Shown: one piece after another, positions 63,793-64,000 of the stretch
How the letters are laid out: each line of letters starts with the position of its first letter
How positions within the stretch are numbered: the first letter of the stretch is position 1
NCBI GenBank assembly: GCA_035686205.1
Contig: DASRZQ010000043.1
Span: forward strand, 4,998-68,997
Length of the DNA stretch: 64,000 nucleotides
Reading direction: 5' to 3'
DNA from: Geobacteraceae bacterium
Lineage (GTDB): Bacteria > Desulfobacterota > Desulfuromonadia > Geobacterales > Geobacteraceae
The notes under the pieces: model-generated
Told to the model about the DNA's origin: nothing
The model's input: the letters and a program-made list of their open reading frames with translations, nothing else
Databases searched by the model: none
Made by a program: the position numbers and the translations under genes

Positions 63793-64000
63793 ATGGCGGT
63801 TTCACCAGTTGTTCCCGGTGACGCAACGATAAAAACACAGGCAGCAACCGGTGGAAGTAAGCCGGAGCCTTCCGAGAAAGACAGGATTGCCGCAAAAAAG
63901 GTGGCGAAAGATTTCGAAGCCCTCTTTGTCGGCATAATGATCAAATCGATGCGTGATACCGTCGTTAATGACGACATGACCTACGGCGGCCATGGTGAGG
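63793..64000 (+). CDS. flgJ: rod-binding protein (FlgJ N-terminal domain type), 3' end cut by window edge
   Basis: Not in the ORF track because there is no stop before the window end. Hand translation: MAVSPVVPGDATIKTQAATGGSKPEPSEKDRIAAKKVAKDFEALFVGIMIKSMRDTV..., carrying the FEA-F---M-KSMR rod-binding motif. AGGAG lies upstream. Confidence 0.75.
   Translation, partial: MAVSPVVPGDATIKTQAATGGSKPEPSEKDRIAAKKVAKDFEALFVGIMIKSMRDTVVNDDMTYGGHGE

Noticed and set aside
1-64000. tRNA, rRNA, tmRNA, transposase, integrase, phage, toxin-antitoxin or defence-system genes
   Set aside because: By-eye scanning found no T-loop (GGTTCGAATCC-type) context outside coding regions. No ORF translation shows DDE/tyrosine-recombinase, Cas, restriction or abortive-infection motifs. 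A proper tRNAscan/Infernal run would be needed to exclude small RNAs.

Overview
64-kb chromosomal window, about 50% GC by eye. Gene content suggests a Desulfobacterota (delta-proteobacterial type) genome; this is inference, no search was possible. Layout: (i) 1-13.6 kb is a purine/pyrimidine biosynthesis supercluster: purB (5' cut), an embedded MscS-like channel gene, a purS-purL fusion, purQ, purF, pyrE and a YkgJ-type Cys-cluster gene, with purN-purM on the minus strand, then rimI, pyrK, pyrD and a cytidylate-kinase-like gene. (ii) 13.6-31 kb holds two small lipoprotein genes, a possible 58-aa Cys-rich ORF, a bioB-bioD-bioA operon with a BirA-type operator, an orphan clpX, a MoxR / DUF58 / transglutaminase / acidic-TPR block, a HIT gene, serA and aguA-aguB (agmatine to putrescine). 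(iii) 31-35 kb holds a soluble PAS histidine kinase behind a sigma54-type promoter, followed by a sigma28-type promoter driving a small ORF, cheY, cheX and a CheC-like protein fused to a degenerate receiver. (iv) 35-64 kb is a large co-directional flagellar cluster: AMIN/TPR gene, flgBC, fliEFGHIJ, MotE-like, fliK, flgD, small flagellar-operon gene, flgE | fliLMNOPQR, flhB | flhA, flhF | fliA, flgF, flgG, flgA, flgH, flgI | flgJ-like (3' cut). I can read five -24/-12 (sigma54) promoter matches and two sigma28 matches directly from the sequence. I found no rRNA, tRNA, CRISPR, transposase, integrase or phage genes. The most unusual content is non-coding: three families of hairpin-forming repeats are concentrated in intergenic gaps of the flagellar cluster. 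They are a ~130-bp nested inverted repeat, inverted arrays of the 8-mer TTGGTTTR, and a G-rich triple hairpin. Other points worth a second look are the CheC-like/pseudo-receiver module next to a non-CheA kinase, the sigma54-driven AMIN/TPR gene heading the flagellar cluster, a DUF58 gene whose conserved N-terminus has no canonical start codon, and the absence of flhG between flhF and fliA.
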